From Chloroflexota bacterium (GTDB lineage Bacteria; Chloroflexota; Dehalococcoidia; UBA2979), in the NCBI GenBank assembly GCA_027593235.1, contig JAQCIU010000015.1:1-64000 (forward strand): a stretch of 64,000 bases of DNA, in the 5' to 3' direction. The notes beneath the pieces were generated by a model. That model had not been told where the DNA came from and did not search any database. It worked only from the letters and a program-made list of their open reading frames with translations. Below are positions 9,865 through 18,601 of the stretch, piece by piece. Positions within the stretch are counted from its first letter, which is position 1, and each line of letters starts with the position of its first letter. Both the position numbers and the translations under genes were made by a program.

Positions 9865-11244
9865 ATGACGGTGGTGATTCACGACGCGACGATCGTGACG
9901 GTCGACGCGGGTCGGCGGGTGCTTCACGGCGAGGCGATCGCGATCGAGGGCGACCGCATCGCGGCGATCGGACCGAACGCCGAGGTGCTGGCGAGCTATC
10001 CGGGTGCGGAGGTGATCGACGGGCGCGGGAAGGCGGTGCTGCCGGGTTTCGCGAACTGCCACACGCATTTCGGGCTGACGATCTCGCGGGGTGTCCAGGA
10101 GGACTTCTCGTTCCCATCGACGCTGCGCTTCCCGAAGAACGTCGCTGACTACCTGGACGACGACGAAAAGTCCGTGATGGCGCAGCTAGGCGCCCTGGAG
10201 TCGATCCGATCGGGGACGACGGCGCCGTTCGAGATCGCGCGGAATATCGAGGTGTACGCGCAGGCGATGGCGGACACGGGGCTGCGGATCTCGCTGGGCG
10301 AGGCGGCGCACGACCTCGATCAGCAGCGCGCGGTCTGGGAGGGGCGGTTCGAGTTCGACGAGGCGCGCGGGGAGGCGGCCCTCGAACGGATCGATTCGCT
10401 GTACGCGCGGTTCGATGGGGCGGCGGATGGGCGGGTGCGGGTGGTACCGGCGGCGCACGCGCCGGAGGCGGTGTCGCCGCGGCTGCTGCGCGAGATCCGC
10501 GATCGCGCGGAGCGGTGGGACCGGCCGTCAACGATTCACCTCAACCAGTCGTGGTGGGAGGTGGAGGCGGTCAAACAGACGCGCGGGGTGCTGCCGACGG
10601 AGTACCTGTTCCAGCACGATTTCCTCTGGAATCGGCTGATCGGCGGGCACTGTCGCTGCATGACGACGGCGGAGATCTCGCTGTTCGGGCGAGCGCGGGG
10701 GATCGTTTCATTCAATTCGGCGATCGCTGCGCGCCGTGGCTATGGCGTGCGCGCCGGCGATCTGGAGGCGGCGGGCGCGACGATCGTGATGGGCTCGGAC
10801 AACATGGCCGAGGACATGGTGGAGGTGATGCGCACCGGCCTGTTCATGGAGCGGGTGCGAACGGGAGACGGCGAGCGACCGACGCCCGAGGACGTCCTGC
10901 AGTGGGCGACGGCGAACGGCCACCGTGCGTTGGGCCTCGAGGAATCAGGCACGCTTGAGGTGGGCCGGAAGGCGGACCTGATCGTGGTCGAGACGCGGCG
11001 GGCGCACCTGGTGCCCTCGATGCGGTTCGTGTCGGCGTTCGTGCACCAGGGGACGCCGGCGGACATCGAGTCTGTGATGGTGGACGGCCGCTGGCTGATG
11101 CGCGACAGCGTGGTGCTGACGATGGACGAGCCGGGGATCATCGCAGAGGCGGATCGGATCGGGCGGCGTGCGTGGCGACAGCTCCTGGCGGACTACCCGG
11201 ACGTGCCGTTACCGATCGCCCTCGATATCCGCGACCTCGGGTAG
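9865..11244 (+). CDS. Metal-dependent amidohydrolase (MTA/SAH deaminase-like)
   Basis: PGFANCHTH, HAP, IHLNQ, GSD, GTLEVGRKADL. Confidence 0.88.
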   Translation: MTVVIHDATIVTVDAGRRVLHGEAIAIEGDRIAAIGPNAEVLASYPGAEVIDGRGKAVLPGFANCHTHFGLTISRGVQEDFSFPSTLRFPKNVADYLDDDEKSVMAQLGALESIRSGTTAPFEIARNIEVYAQAMADTGLRISLGEAAHDLDQQRAVWEGRFEFDEARGEAALERIDSLYARFDGAADGRVRVVPAAHAPEAVSPRLLREIRDRAERWDRPSTIHLNQSWWEVEAVKQTRGVLPTEYLFQHDFLWNRLIGGHCRCMTTAEISLFGRARGIVSFNSAIAARRGYGVRAGDLEAAGATIVMGSDNMAEDMVEVMRTGLFMERVRTGDGERPTPEDVLQWATANGHRALGLEESGTLEVGRKADLIVVETRRAHLVPSMRFVSAFVHQGTPADIESVMVDGRWLMRDSVVLTMDEPGIIAEADRIGRRAWRQLLADYPDVPLPIALDIRDLG

Positions 11245-11260
11245 GCGGTTTGGGGCCTGG

Positions 11261-12022
11261 TCAGGCGAGCGGTCGCTTCGAGGGCATCCCGGCGCGCCGC
11301 GGGTAGCGATCGTCGAGTGGGCCGTCGCGGCGCACCAGGATCACCTGCTGCGGGGGGACGCCGTCCGGGAGGGACAGCGGAACTGGATCGAGCGCAACGC
11401 CGCCGAGGGCGCTGATCGCGCCGGCCGCCTCCGTGAGTTCGTCCTCGGCGCGGCTGCCTTTCGGCGAAGCGAGGACGCCGCCGACGCGGAGCAGGGGCAG
11501 CGCGTATTCGACGAGGACGGGAAGCGGCGCGACGGCGCGCGCGACAACGAGGTCGAAGGTGTCACGCAGGGCGGGGTCGCGTCCGGCGTCCTCGGCGCGG
11601 GCGTTGACGACCTCGGTGGTGTCGAGCGCGAGCGCGGCGACGAGGGCTTCGAGGAAGTCGCAGCGGCGACGCTGCGATTCGATCAGGACGAGCTGGAGCG
11701 CTGGCTCCGCGATGCGCATCGGCACGCCGGGAATTCCGCCACCGGCGCCGATGTCCGCGACGCGAGCGGCATGATCGACCTCGAGGGCGCCGGCGGCGCG
11801 GAGGGCGACGAGCAGCGCGAGCGATTCTCCGAAGAGGCGGCGCTGGACCTCGTCACGATCGGTGATAGCGGTGAGGGCCGCGCGGGCATTGGCGCCCTCG
11901 AGGAGCGAGCCGTAGGCGGCGAAGGCGGCACGCTGCGGATCGGTGAGCGCGAGGCCGAGACGGGTGAGCTCACCCTCGAGCGCGTCGAGTGTCCAGCGAT
12001 CGTTGGGAGCGTCAGTCGACAT
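11261..12022 (-). CDS. rsmG: 16S rRNA m7G527 methyltransferase
   Basis: LTAI, DIGAGGGIPG SAM motif, RAED, VARAVA, YPRRAGMP. Confidence 0.92.
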   Translation of the reverse strand: MSTDAPNDRWTLDALEGELTRLGLALTDPQRAAFAAYGSLLEGANARAALTAITDRDEVQRRLFGESLALLVALRAAGALEVDHAARVADIGAGGGIPGVPMRIAEPALQLVLIESQRRRCDFLEALVAALALDTTEVVNARAEDAGRDPALRDTFDLVVARAVAPLPVLVEYALPLLRVGGVLASPKGSRAEDELTEAAGAISALGGVALDPVPLSLPDGVPPQQVILVRRDGPLDDRYPRRAGMPSKRPLA

Positions 12023-12064
12023 GGGTTCCGTTCGTTGGTCCGTGATAGAGCGGGCGTGTGCGGA

Positions 12065-12095
12065 TTGACAGGCGGAGCCGTGCATCTTCTAGACT
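12065..12095 (+). promoter_or_regulatory. Possible sigma70 promoter for greA
   Basis: TTGACA at 12065-12070 and TAGACT at 12090-12095 (19-bp spacer, longer than optimal). Confidence 0.35.
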
Positions 12096-12185
12096 GCGAG
12101 GTAAGCAATCAACCGCCCAGATCCACGCGGCTCGTCCCGCGCAGAGCGCCTGCTGTCCCGGCGTACGTAACGGAAGGACCGCCCG

Positions 12186-12989
12186 ATGGCGGAGCCTATC
12201 ACCGCGAACGAAGCATTGAGTCACTTCGTGAACTCGCTCGAACCTGAAAAGGTCGGGGTCGAGCGCCCGATGGTGGAGCTGTTTATCAACTGGTTCGGCG
12301 CGACACGGATGATGTCCGAGCTGAGCGGACCGGTTGTCAGCCGCTACCTGGTTGAGGTGACGTCCAGCGAGGCACACGACCCCAGTCAACTGGAGCCGCT
12401 GCGCGCGTTCCTCGCGTACTCCTCGCGGGTTGCGTTCACAGTGGAGAACCTGGTTCCGTTCCTGAAGCTCGAAGGCGACCACGGCGGCGCGCGCGGGTTG
12501 CACGGCGCGGCCGAGGAGCTTGGCGGCAAGGCGTTCCACGTCACCCGCGAGGGGCTGCAGTCGCTGGAGGCCCAGCTTGAGGTGCTGAAGGCGGAGCGCC
12601 CGTCGATCGCAGACAAGCTGCGGGCGGCAATGGCGGACAAGGATTTCCGCGAGAACGCGCCGCTAGACGCCGCCCGCGACGAGCAGGCCCACCTGGAGGC
12701 GAAGATCCGGGAGACCGAGGACCGGCTCCGTCACGCCGTGATTATCGACGCCGGCGCCAAGGGCGGCCGCGCGAACGTTGGTTCCGTGGTGAAGCTGCTG
12801 AACCTGGATCAGGGGCGGGAGCAGGAGTTCACGCTGGTCAGCCAGGCCGAGGTGGATCCGGCGAAGGGCAAGATCTCGATGGAATCGCCGATCGGCGTGG
12901 CGCTGCGTAACCGCGGCCAGGGCGAAGAAGTGGTGGTCGAGGCGCCGTCCGGGAGGATTCGTTTCAAGGTGCTGGAGGTTCGCGGCTAG
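12186..12989 (+). CDS. greA: Transcription elongation factor GreA with ~110-aa N-terminal extension
   Basis: TREG..L..L, DFRENA acidic tip, ISMESPIG.AL, VEAPSG. Confidence 0.9.
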   Translation: MAEPITANEALSHFVNSLEPEKVGVERPMVELFINWFGATRMMSELSGPVVSRYLVEVTSSEAHDPSQLEPLRAFLAYSSRVAFTVENLVPFLKLEGDHGGARGLHGAAEELGGKAFHVTREGLQSLEAQLEVLKAERPSIADKLRAAMADKDFRENAPLDAARDEQAHLEAKIRETEDRLRHAVIIDAGAKGGRANVGSVVKLLNLDQGREQEFTLVSQAEVDPAKGKISMESPIGVALRNRGQGEEVVVEAPSGRIRFKVLEVRG

Positions 12990-13014
12990 CGGCACGAGCA
13001 GCATCCGGACACAA

Positions 13015-13042
13015 CAAGAGCGGGCCGTACGGCCCGCTCTTG
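13015..13042. terminator. Bidirectional intrinsic terminator
   Basis: Perfect palindrome CAAGAGCGGGCCGT|ACGGCCCGCTCTTG between convergent greA and small peptide gene; T-rich run on the minus strand. Confidence 0.75.
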
Positions 13043-13062
13043 CTATTCGGACATGCTGCGAC

Positions 13063-13164
13063 CTACGGGATCTTGCAGATGTCCCCGTCGCAGTAGAGCG
13101 AGATCGCCGTCAGCATCTCGGCGACGAGCGCGTGGCGCTCCACTACCGGTCGTTCGTAGCGCAT
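13063..13164 (-). CDS. Small peptide MRYERPVVERHALVAEMLTAISLYCDGDICKIP, RiPP-precursor-like (YxxP leader)
   Basis: ATG preceded by AGGATAAGG; TATGAT -10-like box at 13234-13239; host-like GC3 codon use; terminator downstream. Confidence 0.65.
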   Translation of the reverse strand: MRYERPVVERHALVAEMLTAISLYCDGDICKIP

Positions 13165-13258
13165 GGCATACCTTATCCTGTGCGTGTTTCTGCTGTGAAT
13201 CCGGCTCGAAGCTAGTAGCTGCCATGTTGTGGAATCATATGAGTCTCGCTCGGGGGTG

Positions 13259-14170
13259 CTACCCGAATAGCAGTCGGTCGACCGCCATGCTGCCGAAGAG
13301 GAGCGCGAGGTAGCTAGTCGAGTAGCGGAACATGGCGGGCGCGGCAGACACGCCGGGGGTGCGGTAGAGCCGCCAGGCGACCATGACGAAGCCGATGCCG
13401 CCGACGAGTGCCACGGCAAAGTACAACCCCCCGAGGCGCGCGGTGATGCCAAGGGCGATCGTGACGGCGACGGTGAGGATGGCCCAGACGAGTGTCTGTT
13501 GCTTCGTCTCGGTCTCGCCACGCACGGCTGGGAGCATTGGGATCTTGGCGTCGCGGTAGTCATCCGCCAGCAGCAGCGCGAGCGCCCAGAAGTGCGGAGG
13601 CTGCCACGCGAAGACGACGAGGAAGAGGAGCACGCCGGTCCATTCGATGGAACCGGTGACGGCGACCCAGCCGATCAACGGCGGCGCGGCGCCGGCGACG
13701 CCGCCGAGCACCGTGTTGTGCACGGTCGTCCGCTTGAGCCACATGCTGTAGACGACGACGTAGAAGAGGAACGCGCCGACCCCGAGGACGGCGGCGAGCG
13801 CGTTGACGGTGAGGGTGAGCCAGAAGCCGGAGGCGATGCCCATCGTCCAGCCGATGATTGCGGCGTGGTGGGCGGGGATGCGACCGGACGGGATGGGGCG
13901 GGAGCGCGTACGCACCATGATGTCGTCGATGTCGCGGTCGATGTACATGTTGACGGCGCCGGCGCCGCCAGCAGCGAGGACGCCGCCGATCAACGTCGCG
14001 AGGACCAACCAGCCGTCCGGCCAGTCCTCGGTCGCCAGGACCATTGCGGGGACGGTGGTGATCAGCAGCAGCAGGATGATCGAGGGCTTGATCAGGACGA
14101 AGTAGTCACGGGCCACCGCGCCGATGCCGCGGTTCCTGGCTGCCGGATGCACGTCGCTCACGCTGGTCAT
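13259..14170 (-). CDS. ctaB: Protoheme IX farnesyltransferase (heme O synthase)
   Basis: LIKP, NMYIDRDID.M.RT..RPIPSG, LKR, GAAPPLIGW, WQPPHFWAL, DY; start could be further upstream (14251). Confidence 0.95.
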   Translation of the reverse strand: MTSVSDVHPAARNRGIGAVARDYFVLIKPSIILLLLITTVPAMVLATEDWPDGWLVLATLIGGVLAAGGAGAVNMYIDRDIDDIMVRTRSRPIPSGRIPAHHAAIIGWTMGIASGFWLTLTVNALAAVLGVGAFLFYVVVYSMWLKRTTVHNTVLGGVAGAAPPLIGWVAVTGSIEWTGVLLFLVVFAWQPPHFWALALLLADDYRDAKIPMLPAVRGETETKQQTLVWAILTVAVTIALGITARLGGLYFAVALVGGIGFVMVAWRLYRTPGVSAAPAMFRYSTSYLALLFGSMAVDRLLFG

Positions 14171-14278
14171 CGCCGGTCCCGAGGTTCCCTGGCGGGGGTG
14201 CCGCTGAATTCTCGGCATGCTACGACGACCGCCCATTCCGTGCTTGTTCATTGGTCATCGCGCGCCGGAAGCTTCGGA

Positions 14279-14500
14279 CTATGACTCCGAGGTTGGCGCC
14301 GCCGTTGCGGACGCCGGTGGCTCTGGCGTCGCCGGTTGCGGCGTCGGCGCGACGCCTTCGTACTCCGCGAGGCGCTCCTCAAGGGTTTCGACCTCGCTCT
14401 GGAGGCTGCGCAGGCGCATCTGGAGGAGCAGGAGGTAGACGAAGAGGCCGGCCCAGAAGACGGCGAAGCCGGCGAAGAGGAACTCCAGGTTGTCTTCCAT
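14279..14500 (-). CDS. ccmD: CcmD-like heme exporter subunit
   Basis: Single N-terminal TM (FAGFAVFW...Y) plus coiled coil, directly after ccmC. Confidence 0.7.
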   Translation of the reverse strand: MEDNLEFLFAGFAVFWAGLFVYLLLLQMRLRSLQSEVETLEERLAEYEGVAPTPQPATPEPPASATAAPTSES

Positions 14501-15294
14501 CAGCCAGCCGTCCCGTGATCGAGGCGAGCGCGCATCCGGTCGGTGCGCTGGCCAAGTTGCTCCGCCTCACTGCGCAACGCGACGAGCCAGAGCATCAGGA
14601 AGGTGATCGCGATGAAGCCGAGGAACAGCACGAAGAGCATCTCGCCGGGCATCGAGGGCCGCGAATCGAAAACGATGCGCTGGGGGTGGAGCGTGCGCCA
14701 CCAGTCGACGGAGAAGTGGATGATCGGGATATCGATGAACCCGATGACGGCGAAGATGGCGGAATAGCGGGCGGCCTGCTCGTCGTTCGGTCCACCGACC
14801 GATCGTGCGAGGAGGTAGGCGGTATAGATGAGCAGGAGCACCAACGTGGAGGTGAGCCGCGCGTCCCAGGTCCAGTAGACGCCCCAGGTGGGCTTCCCCC
14901 AGATCGCGCCGGTGGCGAGCGTCAGCACGGTGAAAAGCACGCCGACGGTGGCGGCCCCGCGGGCGACGGCGTCCCAGCGGATGTCGCGCGTGGTCAGGAA
15001 GGCGACCGAGGCGATGGCGGTGATCAGGAACGACATGTAGGTGCCAACGCTGGCGGATGGCACGTGGAGGTACATCAGGCGTTGGACCTCGCCCTCGATG
15101 ATCTCGCGCGGTGCGGCGAGGGTCGCTCCGACGAGCATCGCCATCATCGTGACGCCGGAGAGCGCGGGGAGCAGCGTCCAGCGGGCGCGGTAGGCGGGCA
15201 GCGTGGCCCAGCGGAACGCGGCGAGCAGACCGCGGAGCAGGGTGGTGGGGAGCGACGGCCCGCGATCCGAGCTGGAACCGACGACGGTGCTCAT
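14500..15294 (-). CDS. ccmC: Heme exporter protein C
   Basis: YLHVP, WGKPTWGVYWTWDARLT (WWD motif), WWRTLHP. Confidence 0.95.
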   Translation of the reverse strand: MSTVVGSSSDRGPSLPTTLLRGLLAAFRWATLPAYRARWTLLPALSGVTMMAMLVGATLAAPREIIEGEVQRLMYLHVPSASVGTYMSFLITAIASVAFLTTRDIRWDAVARGAATVGVLFTVLTLATGAIWGKPTWGVYWTWDARLTSTLVLLLIYTAYLLARSVGGPNDEQAARYSAIFAVIGFIDIPIIHFSVDWWRTLHPQRIVFDSRPSMPGEMLFVLFLGFIAITFLMLWLVALRSEAEQLGQRTDRMRARLDHGTAG

Positions 15295-15947
15295 CGTTCC
15301 ACCGCGAGCGGGAAGAGGAGCAGGCCGCCGAGGGTGCTCCACAACGCGAACATCGTGAGGAGCAGCAGCCAGGGGGCGGATCCGGCGGGTTCACCGAGGG
15401 CGGCGCCCGTTGCGCGGACACCGGCGATCAACAGCGGGACCAGCAACGGCAACGCCAGCACCGGCAACAGGACGGCGCGTGCGCGTGCTCGACTGCCCAG
15501 CGTGGACAGGAGCGTGGTGAGCGAGACGTAGCCAGTAGTTCCGATGGCGACCACCAGGATGAGTTCGCCGGTGAGAAGGGCGGTGTCGAACAGCATAGTG
15601 CCGACGACCAGCAGGGCCAATTCGATCACGAGCAACGCGACGAGGTTGGTGAGCACCTTGCCGAGGTAGATCGCGGCGGGGGAAACCGGCGCGACGAGCA
15701 TCGCGTCGAACGTCCCGGCGTCCGATTCGCGTTGGAAGGACTGGCTGCTGGCGAAGATCCCGACAAAGAGGAAGGTGGTCCAGAGGACCCCCGGGAGCAG
15801 GGGACGAATGTCCGCCGTGGCGAGATCGAAGGCGAATGAGTAAACCAGCACGCTGATCGCGGCGAAGGCGAAGGCGGAGAGCCAGCCGCTGCGATCGCGC
15901 CAGGCGAGCTGCAGGTCCTTGCGGAGCACTACCAGCGTCGGGTTCAT
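15291..15947 (-). CDS. ccmB: Heme exporter protein B
   Basis: KDL start, PGVLW, F..E...GT, GK, LLPVLALPL; ATGA-coupled. Confidence 0.9.
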   Translation of the reverse strand: MNPTLVVLRKDLQLAWRDRSGWLSAFAFAAISVLVYSFAFDLATADIRPLLPGVLWTTFLFVGIFASSQSFQRESDAGTFDAMLVAPVSPAAIYLGKVLTNLVALLVIELALLVVGTMLFDTALLTGELILVVAIGTTGYVSLTTLLSTLGSRARARAVLLPVLALPLLVPLLIAGVRATGAALGEPAGSAPWLLLLTMFALWSTLGGLLLFPLAVER

Positions 15948-16672
15948 GGTCGCGCTCCGGCTGCCTCGAGCGTCGCGTCGGCCGTTGGTTCGGCGGTCCG
16001 GGCGAGCGTTGCGGGTACCTCGATGACACGACCGCGGTCGAGGCGGAGCACGCCGGTCGCCCAGTGGGCGGTGCGCTCCACGAGGTGCGTGGCGGCGAGG
16101 ACGGTGACGGCGGGGTCGCTCATGACCAGTTCGTCCAGCAGTTCGACACCGGACGGATCGAGCCCGGTCTCGGGCTCGTCCAGCAGCATCACGGACGGGC
16201 GATGGATGAGGGCGCGCGCGATCGCGAGGCGCTGGTGATAGCCGCGCGAGAATACCTGCGCGGGTTCGCGGCGACGTTGCCAGAGACCGACGGCGCGGAG
16301 CAACTCCTCGATGCGGGTCGCGGCGTCCGGGATGCCGTAGAGGCGAGCGAAGAACTGGAGGTTCTCCAGCGGCGACAGCTCTTCGTAGATCATGGGCAGG
16401 TGAGCGAGCACGCCGATGCTGCGGCGAAGCTCCGGCGGGTTCGCGCGGAGCGGGTAGCCGGCGACGATCGCGTCGCCGCTGTTGGGCGTGATGAGCGACG
16501 ACAGGATCCCCAGCAGGGTGCTCTTGCCGGCACCGTTGGGACCGAGCAGCGCGATCTTGGATCCGGGCTCCAGCGTGAAGGTGGCGTCGCTGACCACGTC
16601 CACGCCGCCGTAGCGCTTGGTGAGTGCGGTGGCGGCGACGGCGGGCGGTGCCAGTGGGGCGGCCGAGGTCAT
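15944..16672 (-). CDS. ccmA: Heme ABC exporter ATP-binding protein
   Basis: GPNGAGKST Walker A, FSRG signature variant, LLDEPETGLD. Confidence 0.92.
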   Translation of the reverse strand: MTSAAPLAPPAVAATALTKRYGGVDVVSDATFTLEPGSKIALLGPNGAGKSTLLGILSSLITPNSGDAIVAGYPLRANPPELRRSIGVLAHLPMIYEELSPLENLQFFARLYGIPDAATRIEELLRAVGLWQRRREPAQVFSRGYHQRLAIARALIHRPSVMLLDEPETGLDPSGVELLDELVMSDPAVTVLAATHLVERTAHWATGVLRLDRGRVIEVPATLARTAEPTADATLEAAGARP

Positions 16673-17712
16673 GCCGTGCGCCCGCGTATCCGCTGGAGTC
16701 CGACGGCGGCTCCGGAGACGACGAGTAGCGCGAGCAGGGCTCCGACGACCGCGCCAGCGCCCGAGGTGAGCGGGTGCGAGTTGCGTTCGATGCCGGAGAG
16801 ACCGCGCAGGTCAGCGATCAAGCCTTGCCCGGGGGTAGCTGGGCTGGTGCGTTCGATCACGGTCAGCGGTTCGCTCCCGCTCCCGCTCTCGAACGCTTCG
16901 TCGGCCCCGAGTGTGGCGTCGTCGCCAACCGGGCGGACCTCGCGGAGGAAGCGCTGGGGGACGCGGATCGCCATCCGGTCGGTGTTTACGGGGGCGGTGA
17001 TGCGCAAGCGGTACTCATCCTTGTCGGCTTCGTAGCGGACCGTATACCGGGTCACGACGGAGGTCACGCCGGGGCGGAGCGGTGTAGCAACGGCGACCGT
17101 GCCGCCGTCGAAGCGGTAGTCCTCGTCGTCGGCTTCCATTCCACCGGCGTCGGTGGTGTTCTCCGGCACGGGTAGGCGCAGCGTGATGCCATCCTCGGCG
17201 CCGACGTAGATCAGCGGCTCATCGAGGGCGATGGCGTCTTCACGGATGAACGTGAGTTCGGCGCGTTCGCGGTCGATCGCAAGCAGCGTGACGGTGGTCG
17301 TTTCGATGCGGAGTTCCGGTGCGGTCGCGGTGGTGGCGTAGACCTCGAAGTCCGCGGACACGGTCGGGGCGTCGGGGGAGAGGACGAGCGGGTTGCTGAG
17401 GTACTGGATGTCCTCGTAGGTGACGAGGACGAAGTAGCTGGTGTTCAGTTCGATATCGAGCTGGAGTTCGTAGCGACCGGTGCTGGTGACCGTCTCGGCG
17501 ACGGCGCTGACTTCGCCACCCTGCGGGAAGGCGAGCACCTCGACGTTGGCCTCGCCCAGCGAGGCGTCGGGCGTGAGCAGGCGGATAGCGCCGCTGACGG
17601 TACCGCGTGTGGGACCGTCACCAGCGGCGGCGAGCGCGGGCGCACCGACAGCAAGCGTGATCGCGAGGAGCAACGCGAGGGCAGTCAGAGCCGGGGTGCG
17701 ACGGGCGATCAG
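16669..17712 (-). CDS. Exported beta-rich protein with C-terminal membrane anchor, within ccm operon
   Basis: Signal-peptide-like N-terminus, beta-rich body, C-terminal TM; most plausible start is CTG at 17712 overlapping the upstream TGA. Confidence 0.65.
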   Translation of the reverse strand: MIARRTPALTALALLLAITLAVGAPALAAAGDGPTRGTVSGAIRLLTPDASLGEANVEVLAFPQGGEVSAVAETVTSTGRYELQLDIELNTSYFVLVTYEDIQYLSNPLVLSPDAPTVSADFEVYATTATAPELRIETTTVTLLAIDRERAELTFIREDAIALDEPLIYVGAEDGITLRLPVPENTTDAGGMEADDEDYRFDGGTVAVATPLRPGVTSVVTRYTVRYEADKDEYRLRITAPVNTDRMAIRVPQRFLREVRPVGDDATLGADEAFESGSGSEPLTVIERTSPATPGQGLIADLRGLSGIERNSHPLTSGAGAVVGALLALLVVSGAAVGLQRIRGRTA

Positions 17713-18035
17713 GATCCGGCCTCGGTTGGTGCGGGGGTTTGGGCGGCGGTTGGGGCGGGCGCTGGGAGGTCGAGCGGCTCGTTTAGCGACTGCAGCGCCT
17801 CGGTGACGGCCCGGAGATCGGGGGCGAGTGCACGGCGACCGGTGCGGCGGTCCTCGGCGGAGATGCGGCCGAGGGCGAGATCTTGATCGAGCTCCGCGAG
17901 TTCGCCTAGGAGCGCGCCACGCTGCATGCGAAGGCGATCGGCCGCGGTGGCATCGATGAAGACGTCCTCGTTGCGGGGCCAGCCGACGTAGGCCGCGGCG
18001 GCGGCGGCGACGAGGAGCAGCAGCAGCCACTCCAT
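17709..18035 (-). CDS. Small CcmI-N-like membrane protein
   Basis: N-terminal TM then ELAELDQDLALGRISAED, resembling the CcmI/CycH cytoplasmic segment. Confidence 0.6.
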   Translation of the reverse strand: MEWLLLLLVAAAAAAYVGWPRNEDVFIDATAADRLRMQRGALLGELAELDQDLALGRISAEDRRTGRRALAPDLRAVTEALQSLNEPLDLPAPAPTAAQTPAPTEAGS

Positions 18036-18601
18036 CAGCGCGACCCTTCTGCGGGATCGCGAGTCGGCGCGTCCGGGAGCGTGGACTCGAGCCACGCCTC
18101 GTCCTCGGCGGTATCGGGGGCGGCGGACGCGGCGGCGAGCCGTTGCGCGCGGGTGGCGCGGCCACTGCGCCGCAGTTGCAGCAGGAAGAGGGCGCCGCCG
18201 CCGGCGACGAGGAGCAATGAGCCGCCGACCCAGCCGAAGAGAACGAGGTTGAAGCCCTCGCGAGGGATCTCGGCGAGGACGCGCTGCCCGTAGCGGTTGG
18301 AGAAGAAGAAGATGATCTCGTCGTTGGTGCGGCCGGCGACGAGCTGTTCGCGGATCTGGTGACGCATATCGATGCAGATCGCGATCTCGCAGACGTCCAG
18401 ACGCTTGTTCGTGCACTGCGGGCAGAGGAGCTGGCGTTCGATGCCGAGCGCACGAGCCTCCAGGTCGGGCGACAGCTCCTGCGCGCGCGCCGTTCCCGGC
18501 GACGAGGCCGCGAGCGTGGCGACGGCGAAGGTGACCGCGGCTACGGCAACAACGGCGAGCAGGACGCCTCGGAAGGGGAGCCGGATCCGCGAGACGGTCA
18601 T
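18035..18601 (-). CDS. ccmH: Cytochrome c biogenesis protein CcmH
   Basis: LLCPQC, MR..I...L..G....EI..FF..RYG..VL..P. Confidence 0.88.
   Translation of the reverse strand: MTVSRIRLPFRGVLLAVVAVAAVTFAVATLAASSPGTARAQELSPDLEARALGIERQLLCPQCTNKRLDVCEIAICIDMRHQIREQLVAGRTNDEIIFFFSNRYGQRVLAEIPREGFNLVLFGWVGGSLLLVAGGGALFLLQLRRSGRATRAQRLAAASAAPDTAEDEAWLESTLPDAPTRDPAEGSR

Noticed and set aside
13063-13164. PqqA or mycofactocin MftA identity for the small peptide
   Set aside because: Lacks the PqqA ExxxY core and the MftA IDGxCGVY terminus; no pqq or mft genes nearby
13043-13225. 60-aa ORF MAATSFEPDS... from the ORF track
   Set aside because: Overlaps the better-supported 33-aa frame, has no RBS and no recognisable motif
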